Both the position numbers and the translations under genes were made by a program. A stretch of DNA of 63,986 bases, filler included, from Lama guanicoe (taxonomy: Eukaryota), in NCBI GenBank assembly GCA_013239625.1. It is 211 parts of 211 records of this genome, joined end to end, with 100 filler letters (N's around TTAATTAATTAA, not from the genome) between each part and the next. Parts side by side here need not be neighbours in the genome. Positions count along the whole stretch, not along the records: positions 24,569 to 24,772 come from PNXV01032356.1; positions 24,873 to 25,076 come from PNXV01032357.1; positions 25,177 to 25,380 come from PNXV01032358.1; positions 25,481 to 25,684 come from PNXV01032359.1; positions 25,785 to 25,988 come from PNXV01032360.1; positions 26,089 to 26,292 come from PNXV01032361.1; positions 26,393 to 26,596 come from PNXV01032362.1; positions 26,697 to 26,900 come from PNXV01032363.1; 203 more parts are not named here. The stretch is one strand, 5' to 3'. Shown piece after piece: positions 24,736-37,235 of this stretch (its first letter is position 1; every line of letters begins with the position of its first letter). Under the pieces are notes generated by a model that was not told where the DNA came from, made no database searches, and was given only the letters and a program-made list of their open reading frames with translations.

Positions 24736-25813
24736 AAGTCTCAGCAAAAGGAAAACAACGTATACTAGAGCANNNNNNNNNNNNNNNNNNNNNNNNNNNN
24801 NNNNNNNNNNNNNNNNTTAATTAATTAANNNNNNNNNNNNNNNNNNNNNNNNNNNNNNNNNNNNNNNNNNNNGAATGGGAACAGCTCCTTTGCAGGGTCA
24901 GGAGACGCTTGTACAGGAGAGCAGAGAAATGGGGCCCAGTTGGAATGTGAACTCATCTCTTTGATTTTTAAGATGAGGGAAATAACAGTATATGCTAATA
25001 GAAAAGATAGATTAACAGGAGAAATTAGTAACACCACGTTCCCTTAGGTCAGGGGAGTTGCAGGTGAGGGCAGGTGNNNNNNNNNNNNNNNNNNNNNNNN
25101 NNNNNNNNNNNNNNNNNNNNTTAATTAATTAANNNNNNNNNNNNNNNNNNNNNNNNNNNNNNNNNNNNNNNNNNNNCCAGGGGAGGGTGTGGGGATCACA
25201 CAATGGCATGGGAACAGAAGGCAAATACAGAAAGCCATTGTGGGGCAGCCCACCACAGGGGCCAAAATGGGACACTGGGCCTGTATGTCAACATGACAGA
25301 ATGACCTAGGATTTTATATGCCAGAGCAGACGATGTCAGAGTTGTATTTAATTTCAGTCCCATGACTGGGAGCTGGGAAGNNNNNNNNNNNNNNNNNNNN
25401 NNNNNNNNNNNNNNNNNNNNNNNNTTAATTAATTAANNNNNNNNNNNNNNNNNNNNNNNNNNNNNNNNNNNNNNNNNNNNATTTCTGACCCAGCCTTTGG
25501 GACATCCTGTCCTTCCCAAACGCATCTGGGAATAAAAGCTTGACACTGCAGGAATCGGGTCCCTTCTCAGGTTCTAGAGTCTGTTCTCTAAAAACCACGG
25601 AGGGAACGGTTATTACTCAGACTGGTGGTTTCCGACCGACAATTGTCACTGTGAAGAATGACCCTGACGTGACTCTGTGAGTGTNNNNNNNNNNNNNNNN
25701 NNNNNNNNNNNNNNNNNNNNNNNNNNNNTTAATTAATTAANNNNNNNNNNNNNNNNNNNNNNNNNNNNNNNNNNNNNNNNNNNNGCACTATCCCATTTCC
25801 TAAGACTAAAATC

Positions 25814-25988
25814 TGTGTTAGTTTTCTGGGGCTGCCATAGTAAACTACCACATACTGGATGACTTAAAACAACAGAAATTTATTTTCTCATAGTTGTGGA
25901 AGTTGGAATTCTACAATCAAGATGTTGACAAGGCCATGTTCTCTTTCCTAGCTTCTGGTGGTTGCCACAGTCTTTGGCATTCCTTGGC
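25814..25988 (-). mobile_element. MaLR LTR (MLT1-type)
   Basis: tgtgttagttttctggggctgccatagtaaactaccaca...cttaaaacaacagaaatttattttctcatagtt. Confidence 0.9.
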
Positions 25989-26088
25989 NNNNNNNNNNNN
26001 NNNNNNNNNNNNNNNNNNNNNNNNNNNNNNNNTTAATTAATTAANNNNNNNNNNNNNNNNNNNNNNNNNNNNNNNNNNNNNNNNNNNN

Positions 26089-26118
26089 TAATAATAATAA
26101 TAATAATAATAGTAATAA
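26089..26118. repeat. (TAA)n microsatellite
   Basis: About 10 TAA units, read directly. Confidence 0.9.
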
Positions 26119-26164
26119 TCAGAAGTGTTTTATGCAGTTTGAGGACATGAGGATCAAACATGAT

Positions 26165-26280
26165 AGAATATTATTGAGCCATGAGGAAGAAGAAAATCCT
26201 GCCATTTGTAACAACACGGATGGAATTTGAAAGCATTATGTTAAAGGAAATATCAAGATAGAGAAAGGCAATACACGATC
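26165..26280 (+). mobile_element. L1 ORF2 end fragment
   Basis: gaatattattgagccatg...aaatcctgccatttgtaacaacacggatggaatttga. Confidence 0.85.
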
Positions 26281-29200
26281 TTGTGGCAGCTCNNNNNNNN
26301 NNNNNNNNNNNNNNNNNNNNNNNNNNNNNNNNNNNNTTAATTAATTAANNNNNNNNNNNNNNNNNNNNNNNNNNNNNNNNNNNNNNNNNNNNGTTCTCTT
26401 CTAGTTATATATAAGCTCAGGCTATGAGATGATAATAATAACAACAAATGATTCAATAAATTAATTACAGTATTAAACCCAGCAATTAACATGATTTTTA
26501 ATGGAATGAATACATTTATTTATTAATTATTATTTTTTAAAATTGTCTTTTTACTGGCTCCAATTTCTTTCCTTCCATTCTCTCTTTTTTTAAGTTNNNN
26601 NNNNNNNNNNNNNNNNNNNNNNNNNNNNNNNNNNNNNNNNTTAATTAATTAANNNNNNNNNNNNNNNNNNNNNNNNNNNNNNNNNNNNNNNNNNNNAATT
26701 AAAAGACTGAAGGTTCCTAGGAGGGGTTAATAAAACCAGACTCAGGCCTCACCAGAGTGAAATATACCAGACAATGGATGAAAATGGCTAGAATCGCGGA
26801 TGTTATGTGTAAAAAGCCTACGACGTGGACTACACATCCTAGGGTTGTGACGGACAGTCTGGGGTGAGTTTCACCACAGATCCTTTTGTTTTGGCCAACA
26901 NNNNNNNNNNNNNNNNNNNNNNNNNNNNNNNNNNNNNNNNNNNNTTAATTAATTAANNNNNNNNNNNNNNNNNNNNNNNNNNNNNNNNNNNNNNNNNNNN
27001 AATGGATAATCAGGAACTAGAAAGTACAATCATTGAAATGCCTGGATGTGACAGCTGTTGAGATACATCTGAAAAAAAAAGAAGTAATATACAAGCACGT
27101 AAGTCAGAAGAAAATATTCAAAACGAAGACCAGAAAAACAGAGACAGAACTTGAGAACAGGAAAAGAGGTAACAGGATACAGTGAGACATTAACATATGA
27201 ATACNNNNNNNNNNNNNNNNNNNNNNNNNNNNNNNNNNNNNNNNNNNNTTAATTAATTAANNNNNNNNNNNNNNNNNNNNNNNNNNNNNNNNNNNNNNNN
27301 NNNNACATTTTCCCCAGACTGCTCATTAAGGCTTTGGTCCACTGTTTGTGTGTGATTGAGAAACTGCTCAGCTGAGAGAGAGAAAGAGAGAGAGGCAGTT
27401 GGTCTTCAGGCAGTTGATAGAATCTTCAGTAGAGCTAAGGCCACCTTTAATTTCTTACAGGGACTTTCTCTGTTTAATACTTTCATTATTCTTACTTGAA
27501 AAAAGTTGNNNNNNNNNNNNNNNNNNNNNNNNNNNNNNNNNNNNNNNNNNNNTTAATTAATTAANNNNNNNNNNNNNNNNNNNNNNNNNNNNNNNNNNNN
27601 NNNNNNNNCTGGACCTGATTTTGTTCATAGCCCCAAAGCTGAGGATCAGGAGAGGAGGAAAGAGGTGGCAGAGTCCTGGAAAGAGGGGGCAGGAGTGGTG
27701 TCCAGGAAACCAACAAAAAACCCCGCCATCTTTCAGGGCCTCCAGTGCTGGGGCGGGAGACCGGGAGGGCAGATCTTCGGGCTGGGCAAGGTGGAGGTCA
27801 GCTCCCCCCACCNNNNNNNNNNNNNNNNNNNNNNNNNNNNNNNNNNNNNNNNNNNNTTAATTAATTAANNNNNNNNNNNNNNNNNNNNNNNNNNNNNNNN
27901 NNNNNNNNNNNNGAGATAAATGCAGGAACCGGCCCAGTGATCATGGTCTCTATTATGTCATGCCTGGAATTGTAATGGTCACATGATGTAGTCTCAGATG
28001 GTATATTCAGCATGTGGTAGAATATAAGAAGTAATTTTATCTATTGTCTTCTTCGTGCTGTTCTCAAACCATTCCAATTGGTGCTTTCATTTCCTGCCCT
28101 CAAGAGTCTACACTANNNNNNNNNNNNNNNNNNNNNNNNNNNNNNNNNNNNNNNNNNNNTTAATTAATTAANNNNNNNNNNNNNNNNNNNNNNNNNNNNN
28201 NNNNNNNNNNNNNNNACACCTATAGAAAAATGCGGGGAGAAGAAAAATATTTTCTTCTCCAACCAGATTCACAAAATGCAAAGGATAAAGTAATATCGAT
28301 TCACCGCTGGGTGAAAAAACAAGATGTCTGGTTTCCTGAAACAGAACTAGCATGGGCCAGAATGACTTTCCTTTCTCCTCCTGGTATTAAAGGATCGCCA
28401 AGGGATCTTCTGCATGATGNNNNNNNNNNNNNNNNNNNNNNNNNNNNNNNNNNNNNNNNNNNNTTAATTAATTAANNNNNNNNNNNNNNNNNNNNNNNNN
28501 NNNNNNNNNNNNNNNNNNNGCAATAAAAATGTACACTCCTCCTACTCACACAAACATGGAAAAATACACAAACATAAGGTTTGACCGAACAAACCAAAAA
28601 AAAGGGGTACATATTATATCACTTCAGTTATGTAGCATTTAAAATAGACAAAACCAAAATATGGTTATGGGAGTCAGAATAATGGTTAACTTTGCGGGGT
28701 CAGGGACTTGGAGGGGCTTCAGGNNNNNNNNNNNNNNNNNNNNNNNNNNNNNNNNNNNNNNNNNNNNTTAATTAATTAANNNNNNNNNNNNNNNNNNNNN
28801 NNNNNNNNNNNNNNNNNNNNNNNAGGGCACCATTGTGAGTGGCTGCAGAGGCCGGGCTGCAGGCTTCTCTTCCCTGGGGGGTGGAGGCAGCCGCAGATGA
28901 CTTGCTGGTTTCAGCATTCTTTGTTTACCGATATGGTTTGCAGTATTTTTCGTTCACACTGTAGAGTTAGAGTTTGTCACCCTCCCAGTATGTGGATGTG
29001 TTTGCCGACCTGAAAGTTCTCTAAACTNNNNNNNNNNNNNNNNNNNNNNNNNNNNNNNNNNNNNNNNNNNNTTAATTAATTAANNNNNNNNNNNNNNNNN
29101 NNNNNNNNNNNNNNNNNNNNNNNNNNNCATTAAAGGCACTTGGCATTAAGTTAGGTCAGAAGTATGTTTTATTCTAGTCTCCACCTTTAATCTTCTGGTA

Positions 29201-29431
29201 AGTTTTGTTCCGCTCACCAGGATTCCAATTCTTACCCCTAATGCAAGAGCCAATGAAATTTTTTCTCTTAGATGCATCCTCAAAGCAATTAGAACAGCTG
29301 AAGCCCTTTGTGTTTATTGACAGTGTTATCCNNNNNNNNNNNNNNNNNNNNNNNNNNNNNNNNNNNNNNNNNNNNTTAATTAATTAANNNNNNNNNNNNN
29401 NNNNNNNNNNNNNNNNNNNNNNNNNNNNNNN

Positions 29432-29635
29432 CATTGCCAACAGTATATATACCTTTACATCTTGCCTTGGGGCTGTATCAGTTCTGCTGTCTGCATCATA
29501 CAGCCTGCAATGATCTTGATCATCTTGACCTTCTGCAAATGAGCACACTGGTCTACTGCATTCATGATGGTATGCTGCTTTTATCCGATGAGCAGGAAGT
29601 AGAGAGTTCTTTGATGCCTTGGCAGAACATATATA
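29432..29635 (+). mobile_element. ERVL pol (reverse transcriptase) decayed fragment
   Basis: DLDHLDLLQMSTLVYCIHDGMLLLSDEQEVESS aligns by eye to ERVL RT TLVHYIDDIMLIGPDEQEVAST; the YIDD motif is destroyed. Confidence 0.8.
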
Positions 29636-30665
29636 NNNNNNNNNNNNNNNNNNNNNNNNNNNNNNNNNNNNNNNNNNNNTTAATTAATTAANNNNNNNNN
29701 NNNNNNNNNNNNNNNNNNNNNNNNNNNNNNNNNNNAGCAGAGGAAGAAAGACCTTCAAAGTCAGGCGGAGCTGGGTTCCGGCCCGGGACCACCAGCCCGG
29801 CACCGAGTGCGTGTGTCATCTCCCTCTTCTGTAGCCTGGTCCGTACACAGTCCCCTCCCACACTGGGCCTGGGCTGGCTGAGGACGCCAGCAGGATGTGG
29901 CAGAAATGGCACTGCAGGACTTCCAGGGCCAGGCCACAGNNNNNNNNNNNNNNNNNNNNNNNNNNNNNNNNNNNNNNNNNNNNTTAATTAATTAANNNNN
30001 NNNNNNNNNNNNNNNNNNNNNNNNNNNNNNNNNNNNNNNGTGCAAGTGAGGGGTGCTGTGTGACAAAGACACAGGGGCTGGGCAGTGGGAACACGCTCAG
30101 GGAACAGGCGGTTGCCTGACTGGTCTTCCTGCTCCAGCCCCACTGGCACTCAGAGAACCAGCTTCACCGCCTCACCAGGGGCAGCAGAAGGAGCACTAGA
30201 ACCTCACAGACTGAAGTTCCGACAGCTCCTCCGGCCAGCAGCCNNNNNNNNNNNNNNNNNNNNNNNNNNNNNNNNNNNNNNNNNNNNTTAATTAATTAAN
30301 NNNNNNNNNNNNNNNNNNNNNNNNNNNNNNNNNNNNNNNNNNNGCCCAGGGCCCTGCAGGGACTTCCTGGGAACGAAACAGCAGATGAATCGTAAAGCCG
30401 CCTGCCTGCCGCAGCTGGCAGGAGGCCTGCCAGGCACTTGCTCTGAGACTCACTGCCCTGTGCTCCGAGCCTGGCTTTAGTCTGGGGGTGAGATGAGTGA
30501 GTCATCTTGTATCACTTCGGCCTTTTGTCTTTCTTCGCCTTCTTCCTNNNNNNNNNNNNNNNNNNNNNNNNNNNNNNNNNNNNNNNNNNNNTTAATTAAT
30601 TAANNNNNNNNNNNNNNNNNNNNNNNNNNNNNNNNNNNNNNNNNNNNTGGCATCAGAAGACTCAC

Positions 30666-30735
30666 AACGGACCTGAACACAGAAATCACTGACCAGAAAG
30701 TGTATAAATTCAGGTCAACATGAAGTAATTTACCT
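30666..30735 (-). CDS. Candidate 70-nt internal exon, gene unassigned
   Basis: tttttttctaag acceptor, GTGAGT donor, open frame GKLLHVDLNLYTFWSVISVFRSV. Confidence 0.35.
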
Positions 30736-31255
30736 CTTAGAAAAAAATAATGCTAAATACTATCCTGTACAATTTCCTTAAAGAAGTAAATAGGTTTTGA
30801 ACTTTTAGAGAGACAATTTTAGACCACCACTGGTGGCACATGAATGTGGGGNNNNNNNNNNNNNNNNNNNNNNNNNNNNNNNNNNNNNNNNNNNNTTAAT
30901 TAATTAANNNNNNNNNNNNNNNNNNNNNNNNNNNNNNNNNNNNNNNNNNNNCTGCCCATAATGGGACATTAGTCCCCAGGGGAGCCCTTGTGGAGGGACC
31001 AGGGGAGAAGAGGCCATTGGCTGGACCCTTTAAACCCAGCAAACACTGAAACAGACACACTTTGTCCTGATCCCTTCAGACATTTCCTTGTCTTATCCTA
31101 GTCCTGCCCTCCCCACCCCACTCCACCCCAATTCTTCTCCTGAGACAAGGGGGCANNNNNNNNNNNNNNNNNNNNNNNNNNNNNNNNNNNNNNNNNNNNT
31201 TAATTAATTAANNNNNNNNNNNNNNNNNNNNNNNNNNNNNNNNNNNNNNNNNNNN

Positions 31256-31459
31256 TTTTTTTTTTTGTGGACACATGTTTTCATACCTCTTAGGTATATA
31301 GCTAGGAGAGGAATTGCTGGGTTACATGAAAACTCTTTGTAAGAGTTTGAGGAACTGTCAGACTGTTTCCAGAGAATATAAAATAGTGCAGATTTTATAT
31401 TCCCACTGGCAATGTATGAGAGTTCCAATTTCTCCATGTCAACTATTTTATTTTATTTT
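31256..31459 (-). mobile_element. L1 ORF2 3' fragment
   Basis: gtatatagctaggagaggaattgctggg...gaggaactgtcagactgtttcca...attcccactggcaatgtatgagagttcc. Confidence 0.92.
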
Positions 31460-32179
31460 NNNNNNNNNNNNNNNNNNNNNNNNNNNNNNNNNNNNNNNNN
31501 NNNTTAATTAATTAANNNNNNNNNNNNNNNNNNNNNNNNNNNNNNNNNNNNNNNNNNNNATATAGCAGGGGATCCAGGGAATGACTTGAAGGGGTACGCT
31601 GTGTGTCCCAAGTAACTTTTATGTTATCCGACACGTCACCCTTTTTATTCTTATGGGTAGATCACAAAATATTAGACAAAGATATTGGACAAGCCATGCA
31701 TAGATCATGGATTTGAACTTTAGGTAGACCATGTACAAAACTTTGTCTCTCTCTCTAAACTTCNNNNNNNNNNNNNNNNNNNNNNNNNNNNNNNNNNNNN
31801 NNNNNNNTTAATTAATTAANNNNNNNNNNNNNNNNNNNNNNNNNNNNNNNNNNNNNNNNNNNNATGTTACAACCGGCAGGCACCGCTAGTAAGACAGACA
31901 GGCGTCAGGGCAGGGGGGCTGGCGGGCGGTGACGCGGGGCCTTCGGCAGGGTCAGAGCAGGACAAAACCCTGAGGCCAAGGGAGGAGTGTGAACGCTGTC
32001 CTCCGTTGGAGCGGGCTTCTGGGGATGGTCGGGGAGGGAGAGGACCTAGGTTTTATTTGAAAAGCTCNNNNNNNNNNNNNNNNNNNNNNNNNNNNNNNNN
32101 NNNNNNNNNNNTTAATTAATTAANNNNNNNNNNNNNNNNNNNNNNNNNNNNNNNNNNNNNNNNNNNNGCTTGTGACAAG

Positions 32180-32300
32180 TGCTGACTCCTGGTTCCACAA
32201 AAGATAATCAAATACAGAATTCTGGGATGTAGACCAGGAATCTGCGTTTAACAGGCTTTCTCAGTTGATTCATATATAGACTAGAGGTTGAGCACCTCTA
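32180..32300. mobile_element. MER5-type hAT MITE remnant
   Basis: cagaattctggg...ccaggaatctgcgtttaacagg...gattc...gaggttgagcacc. Confidence 0.6.
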
Positions 32301-33991
32301 ACTGTACCAATGCACTAGAAAACTGTTGACAATTGTTGCAGTAAATGTGCCCCCTGCTCTCATTAGGGTATNNNNNNNNNNNNNNNNNNNNNNNNNNNNN
32401 NNNNNNNNNNNNNNNTTAATTAATTAANNNNNNNNNNNNNNNNNNNNNNNNNNNNNNNNNNNNNNNNNNNNGGGAAAGATACTCGTCAGCTTTAAGAAGA
32501 CTTCCCTGGGGAGGGAAGGAGAGGAGCAGAAATGACGCTGGAATTGCCCTGGTAGGGTTTCACTCACTGAATCAGAAAGGCCCGCAGCGAGTGCAGGATG
32601 GCCACGCCCCCCAAAGCCCAGCAGCCGGCCGGGTGTGTGGTTCACTAACCTCGCTTCCCGGGCTGCCGCGCCTCGNNNNNNNNNNNNNNNNNNNNNNNNN
32701 NNNNNNNNNNNNNNNNNNNTTAATTAATTAANNNNNNNNNNNNNNNNNNNNNNNNNNNNNNNNNNNNNNNNNNNNTTTTCCCCAGTGTGCAGACATAGGC
32801 TAGAGGGTGGGTCGGGGCCAGAGAGATTGCAGCCACACCACTGAGCCGGTCCCACTGCCCGTCAGGTGCGCACAGGAAAGTGAGTTCTGGGGGTGAGAGG
32901 CCCTTCCCTGGTGCTGGTGCTGTTCCCTGCAGAGGGTGTGCAGGGACACTCTAGCTGGCCGTGACTGCTGGCCGTCTTTNNNNNNNNNNNNNNNNNNNNN
33001 NNNNNNNNNNNNNNNNNNNNNNNTTAATTAATTAANNNNNNNNNNNNNNNNNNNNNNNNNNNNNNNNNNNNNNNNNNNNAGAGTACTTTCCATCACCTCA
33101 CATTCCAGATGCGTATTTCCTCATTCCCACGTCTGTGCCTCCTTCTTTCAGAATGGAAGCTCATGAAGGCAATGGTTTGTTCATTTCCTTCTGCATCGCC
33201 AGCTCCCAGAGCATGGTCACACAGATGCTGCTTAATGCTCGTGTGTATAAATATGCTGAACTGCACAGTGTGAGACCGTGGCCNNNNNNNNNNNNNNNNN
33301 NNNNNNNNNNNNNNNNNNNNNNNNNNNTTAATTAATTAANNNNNNNNNNNNNNNNNNNNNNNNNNNNNNNNNNNNNNNNNNNNTAGTAAACAAGAATTGC
33401 TCATTGTAGCTTTTAAATCTTCTATACTTGGTTAGTTTCTAAGAAAAAGGCATTAAAATGCTATGGAATATTAAAGAACAATTCAAAGAATGAAGGAATC
33501 TTTATGTGCCAACAAGAAAGATCCTCAGGGTGCAAGTGCTACAACCCAGCTTGGGAAGCCCTCCTCCAGGGCTTTGCTCAGACCTTCNNNNNNNNNNNNN
33601 NNNNNNNNNNNNNNNNNNNNNNNNNNNNNNNTTAATTAATTAANNNNNNNNNNNNNNNNNNNNNNNNNNNNNNNNNNNNNNNNNNNNCATTAAATATGGG
33701 CTATGAGGTGGAACAAGAGAAAAACATGCACAGGGGTGTTAGTAAAAGAAAGAAAAAGAGTGTCGGAGGCATCACCCGTATGAGACACCACTCCCCCATT
33801 CTTCAGGCCTTATTCCACATACGCCTGAGGATGTCCCTGGAAGTACCTGGTAGAATCACCCCCACTGTGTGTGTGTGAGACAGACAGGCCTNNNNNNNNN
33901 NNNNNNNNNNNNNNNNNNNNNNNNNNNNNNNNNNNTTAATTAATTAANNNNNNNNNNNNNNNNNNNNNNNNNNNNNNNNNNNNNNNNNNNN

Positions 33992-34011
33992 TGTGTGTGT
34001 GTGTGTGTGTG
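33992..34011. repeat. (TG)n microsatellite at contig edge
   Basis: Direct read. Confidence 0.9.
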
Positions 34012-34599
34012 CACATGTCTGTGTGTTAATCAAATACAAGTAATCAAAGACAAGTCTGGGATGTGTACAGATTTTTTTATGTCACCGTCATTTCATGGGG
34101 ATGAGTCAACATTTAAAGTAATTTGAATCTACTGTTCTGAGATAGACTCAGGCTCTTGGTGGAGGAAGTGAAAGGGGAGAGTAAAAGGAGGAAAGNNNNN
34201 NNNNNNNNNNNNNNNNNNNNNNNNNNNNNNNNNNNNNNNTTAATTAATTAANNNNNNNNNNNNNNNNNNNNNNNNNNNNNNNNNNNNNNNNNNNNCTCTG
34301 ACGGGGTGGAGGACGCTCAGGGGCAAAGTGGAGACAACTGCTGCCTCTCACGGAGGAGAGGAAAGAGGGGCGGGGGCCGCGCACAGGGAGGAGCCTAGAA
34401 GGGGAGAAACCGCGCTGCTTCAGGGCCCTCAGAAACTAGTGTGACATTTGGGGACAAACATCCAAGGGACACAAAACCTCAAAATCTGCTGTTGACCTGN
34501 NNNNNNNNNNNNNNNNNNNNNNNNNNNNNNNNNNNNNNNNNNNTTAATTAATTAANNNNNNNNNNNNNNNNNNNNNNNNNNNNNNNNNNNNNNNNNNNN

Positions 34600-34803
34600 T
34601 TTCAAGTAAAAATTAATACCTTCAAACAAGGGATGAAATCATCAGAAACGGATGGAGGGGAGGATCAAAAAATAGAAGACTAAAACAATTTCTAGATTTC
34701 AACTTATAGTTTTTATGTCAAATATTCAAATAACATGCAAATTTTTTCCCAATGCATTCTAACCTCAGTTGCTACTAGTAAAAATACTTCATGTCAACAT
34801 GTC
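34600..34803 (+). repeat. Near-duplicate contig of 35208-35411
   Basis: 5 substitutions; first and last 49 bases identical. Confidence 0.97.
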
Positions 34804-35207
34804 NNNNNNNNNNNNNNNNNNNNNNNNNNNNNNNNNNNNNNNNNNNNTTAATTAATTAANNNNNNNNNNNNNNNNNNNNNNNNNNNNNNNNNNNNNNNNN
34901 NNNACTTACACTTTTTCAGGTGTAGAACTTTGCTCTTATGTTTTTAAACTGGAGACAACGTATCGAGATAGAACCATCAACACAAACAATGATTTCTTTA
35001 GAAAAAAAATCTCACTCGTAAAGGACAGCTCACGCATCTTTTAAATCTCAAATATGGTGGCCCGTTTATGTCTAAGATGAAAGTAAAATCATAATTAAAA
35101 AGAGGTTNNNNNNNNNNNNNNNNNNNNNNNNNNNNNNNNNNNNNNNNNNNNTTAATTAATTAANNNNNNNNNNNNNNNNNNNNNNNNNNNNNNNNNNNNN
35201 NNNNNNN

Positions 35208-35411
35208 TTTCAAGTAAAAATTAATACCTTCAAACAAGGGATGAAATCATCAGAAATGGATGGAGGGGAGGATCAAAAAATAGAGGACTATAACAATTTC
35301 TAGATTTCAACTTATAGTTTTTATGTCAAATATTCAAATAGCATGCAAATTTTTTCCCAATACATTCTAACCTCAGTTGCTACTAGTAAAAATACTTCAT
35401 GTCAACATGTC
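35208..35411 (+). repeat. Near-duplicate contig of 34600-34803
   Basis: 5 substitutions; first and last 49 bases identical. Confidence 0.97.
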
Positions 35412-35511
35412 NNNNNNNNNNNNNNNNNNNNNNNNNNNNNNNNNNNNNNNNNNNNTTAATTAATTAANNNNNNNNNNNNNNNNNNNNNNNNNNNNNNNNN
35501 NNNNNNNNNNN

Positions 35512-35715
35512 TTTTAACTTTTTTTATTGATTTAAAGTCATTTTACAAATTTGTCTCAAAATCCACCCTGGAGCACAATTTTTCAGTTACTATGACAATA
35601 TATGCATTTTTTGTCCCATTTTTTCTACTGTCAGCTGCCGTAAGATCTTTTACATATTTCCCTGTTCTATACACTACAATCCTGTTTACCTATTCTACAA
35701 TTTTGACTTCTCAGT
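35512..35715 (-). mobile_element. Camelid-like L1 3' end
   Basis: Poly-T start, gagcacaatttttcagtta...ttgtcccattttttctactgtcagct; a complementary motif is at 60290-60338. Confidence 0.65.
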
Positions 35716-36119
35716 NNNNNNNNNNNNNNNNNNNNNNNNNNNNNNNNNNNNNNNNNNNNTTAATTAATTAANNNNNNNNNNNNNNNNNNNNNNNNNNNNN
35801 NNNNNNNNNNNNNNNGCTATTACAGAAAGAGAACTTATGCTCTTGTGTGAGTTCAAGGGGTTTTATGAGATTTGCAGGACTTTGGGTGAGACCAGGGAAA
35901 TTCTTGGCCAAATTAAGGGCCTCCAGGTGTGGGCGAGCTGCTAAATAGTAAGTATAAGGTAGTTCGGGATCAGGTGCAAAAGAGTAACATGAAATGGAGC
36001 TGGTCTGAGCCTAGGACAGNNNNNNNNNNNNNNNNNNNNNNNNNNNNNNNNNNNNNNNNNNNNTTAATTAATTAANNNNNNNNNNNNNNNNNNNNNNNNN
36101 NNNNNNNNNNNNNNNNNNN

Positions 36120-36323
36120 CACCTTTTCTGACCTCATGACTTCAATCAACTAAAGCTTTGATTCTGTACGCCTCTGCCCCAATTCTTTGCTGAATTTGCC
36201 TCTACTCAAATCCTTCATGGATATGCATGTTCCCTTAGCTTAAGGCTTCCCTGATTTTGGTCTTCAGGGAAACACTGCTTTGGGAAATGTACCGTGTTTT
36301 CCGTACTTGCTGCAAAAAAAAAA
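36120..36323 (+). mobile_element. ERV1-type LTR fragment
   Basis: acactgctttgggaaa...tacttgctgcaa resembles the R region of laurasiatherian ERV1 LTRs (recalled). Confidence 0.5.
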
Positions 36324-37031
36324 NNNNNNNNNNNNNNNNNNNNNNNNNNNNNNNNNNNNNNNNNNNNTTAATTAATTAANNNNNNNNNNNNNNNNNNNNN
36401 NNNNNNNNNNNNNNNNNNNNNNNTATTTGTGCCAGTTCTATAGTATTTTAAATTCTCATTGCTTTATATTTTCATATCTGGTTTTCTCTCATTTTTCCCT
36501 CTACAGAAATTGATTTAATCTTCTCATCTATTTATTTTTGAAATTATTTTAGAATAATTTTATTTAATTCCTCAAAGTAATCCTTTTGAGATTTTGATTG
36601 GGATCAAATTAAATTTATAAATTAACTNNNNNNNNNNNNNNNNNNNNNNNNNNNNNNNNNNNNNNNNNNNNTTAATTAATTAANNNNNNNNNNNNNNNNN
36701 NNNNNNNNNNNNNNNNNNNNNNNNNNNAGTATGAACACCACTACCTGCACCAACAGGTGGGTGGGGAGGAAGACGAGGGATAGGAGATTGGAGAGGAAGG
36801 ATGTGCAGAGGGAGAGGGGTCAGGCGGAGACACGCAAGGACTCGGTTCTGGGGGAGGTAGGCGGGGAGGAAAGGAAGGCCCTTGCCGTGGGGGTTTCCAC
36901 ACAGTCCTCTGCTCCCATCCCCTCGGCACAGNNNNNNNNNNNNNNNNNNNNNNNNNNNNNNNNNNNNNNNNNNNNTTAATTAATTAANNNNNNNNNNNNN
37001 NNNNNNNNNNNNNNNNNNNNNNNNNNNNNNN

Positions 37032-37235
37032 GCCGCCGTCGTCTGGAGGGCAGCACGACTGGGTGCCCGGACCTCCAGTCCGGGAGGGATTTTTCGTCAT
37101 TCCCCCTTCCCCCAGAGAGGGAGACCGAGCGGCAGCCAAACAAAGGTACCAGTCGCCGCCGCGGGAGGAGGAGGAGCCGGAGTTTCAGCCTCAGCAATCG
37201 CTGGACCCGCCGCCCTTCTTCCCTCATCTCTCCCC
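37032..37235 (+). promoter_or_regulatory. ARID4B: CpG-rich first exon / 5' UTR, probably ARID4B
   Basis: aaacaaaggtaccagtcgccgccgcgggaggaggaggagccggag...gctggacccgccgcccttcttccc matches my recollection of the ARID4B mRNA leader. No coding sequence is present to confirm. Confidence 0.55.

Noticed and set aside
28237..28260. Hairpin GGAGAAGAAAA-ATA-TTTTCTTCTCC inside an open frame
   Set aside because: Low-complexity 11-bp stem, plausible by chance in 43 kb; the peptide is not recognisable.
37063..37235. Proline-rich ORF PGPPVREGFF...
   Set aside because: GTG start in a GC-rich UTR-like sequence, where stops are rare by composition.
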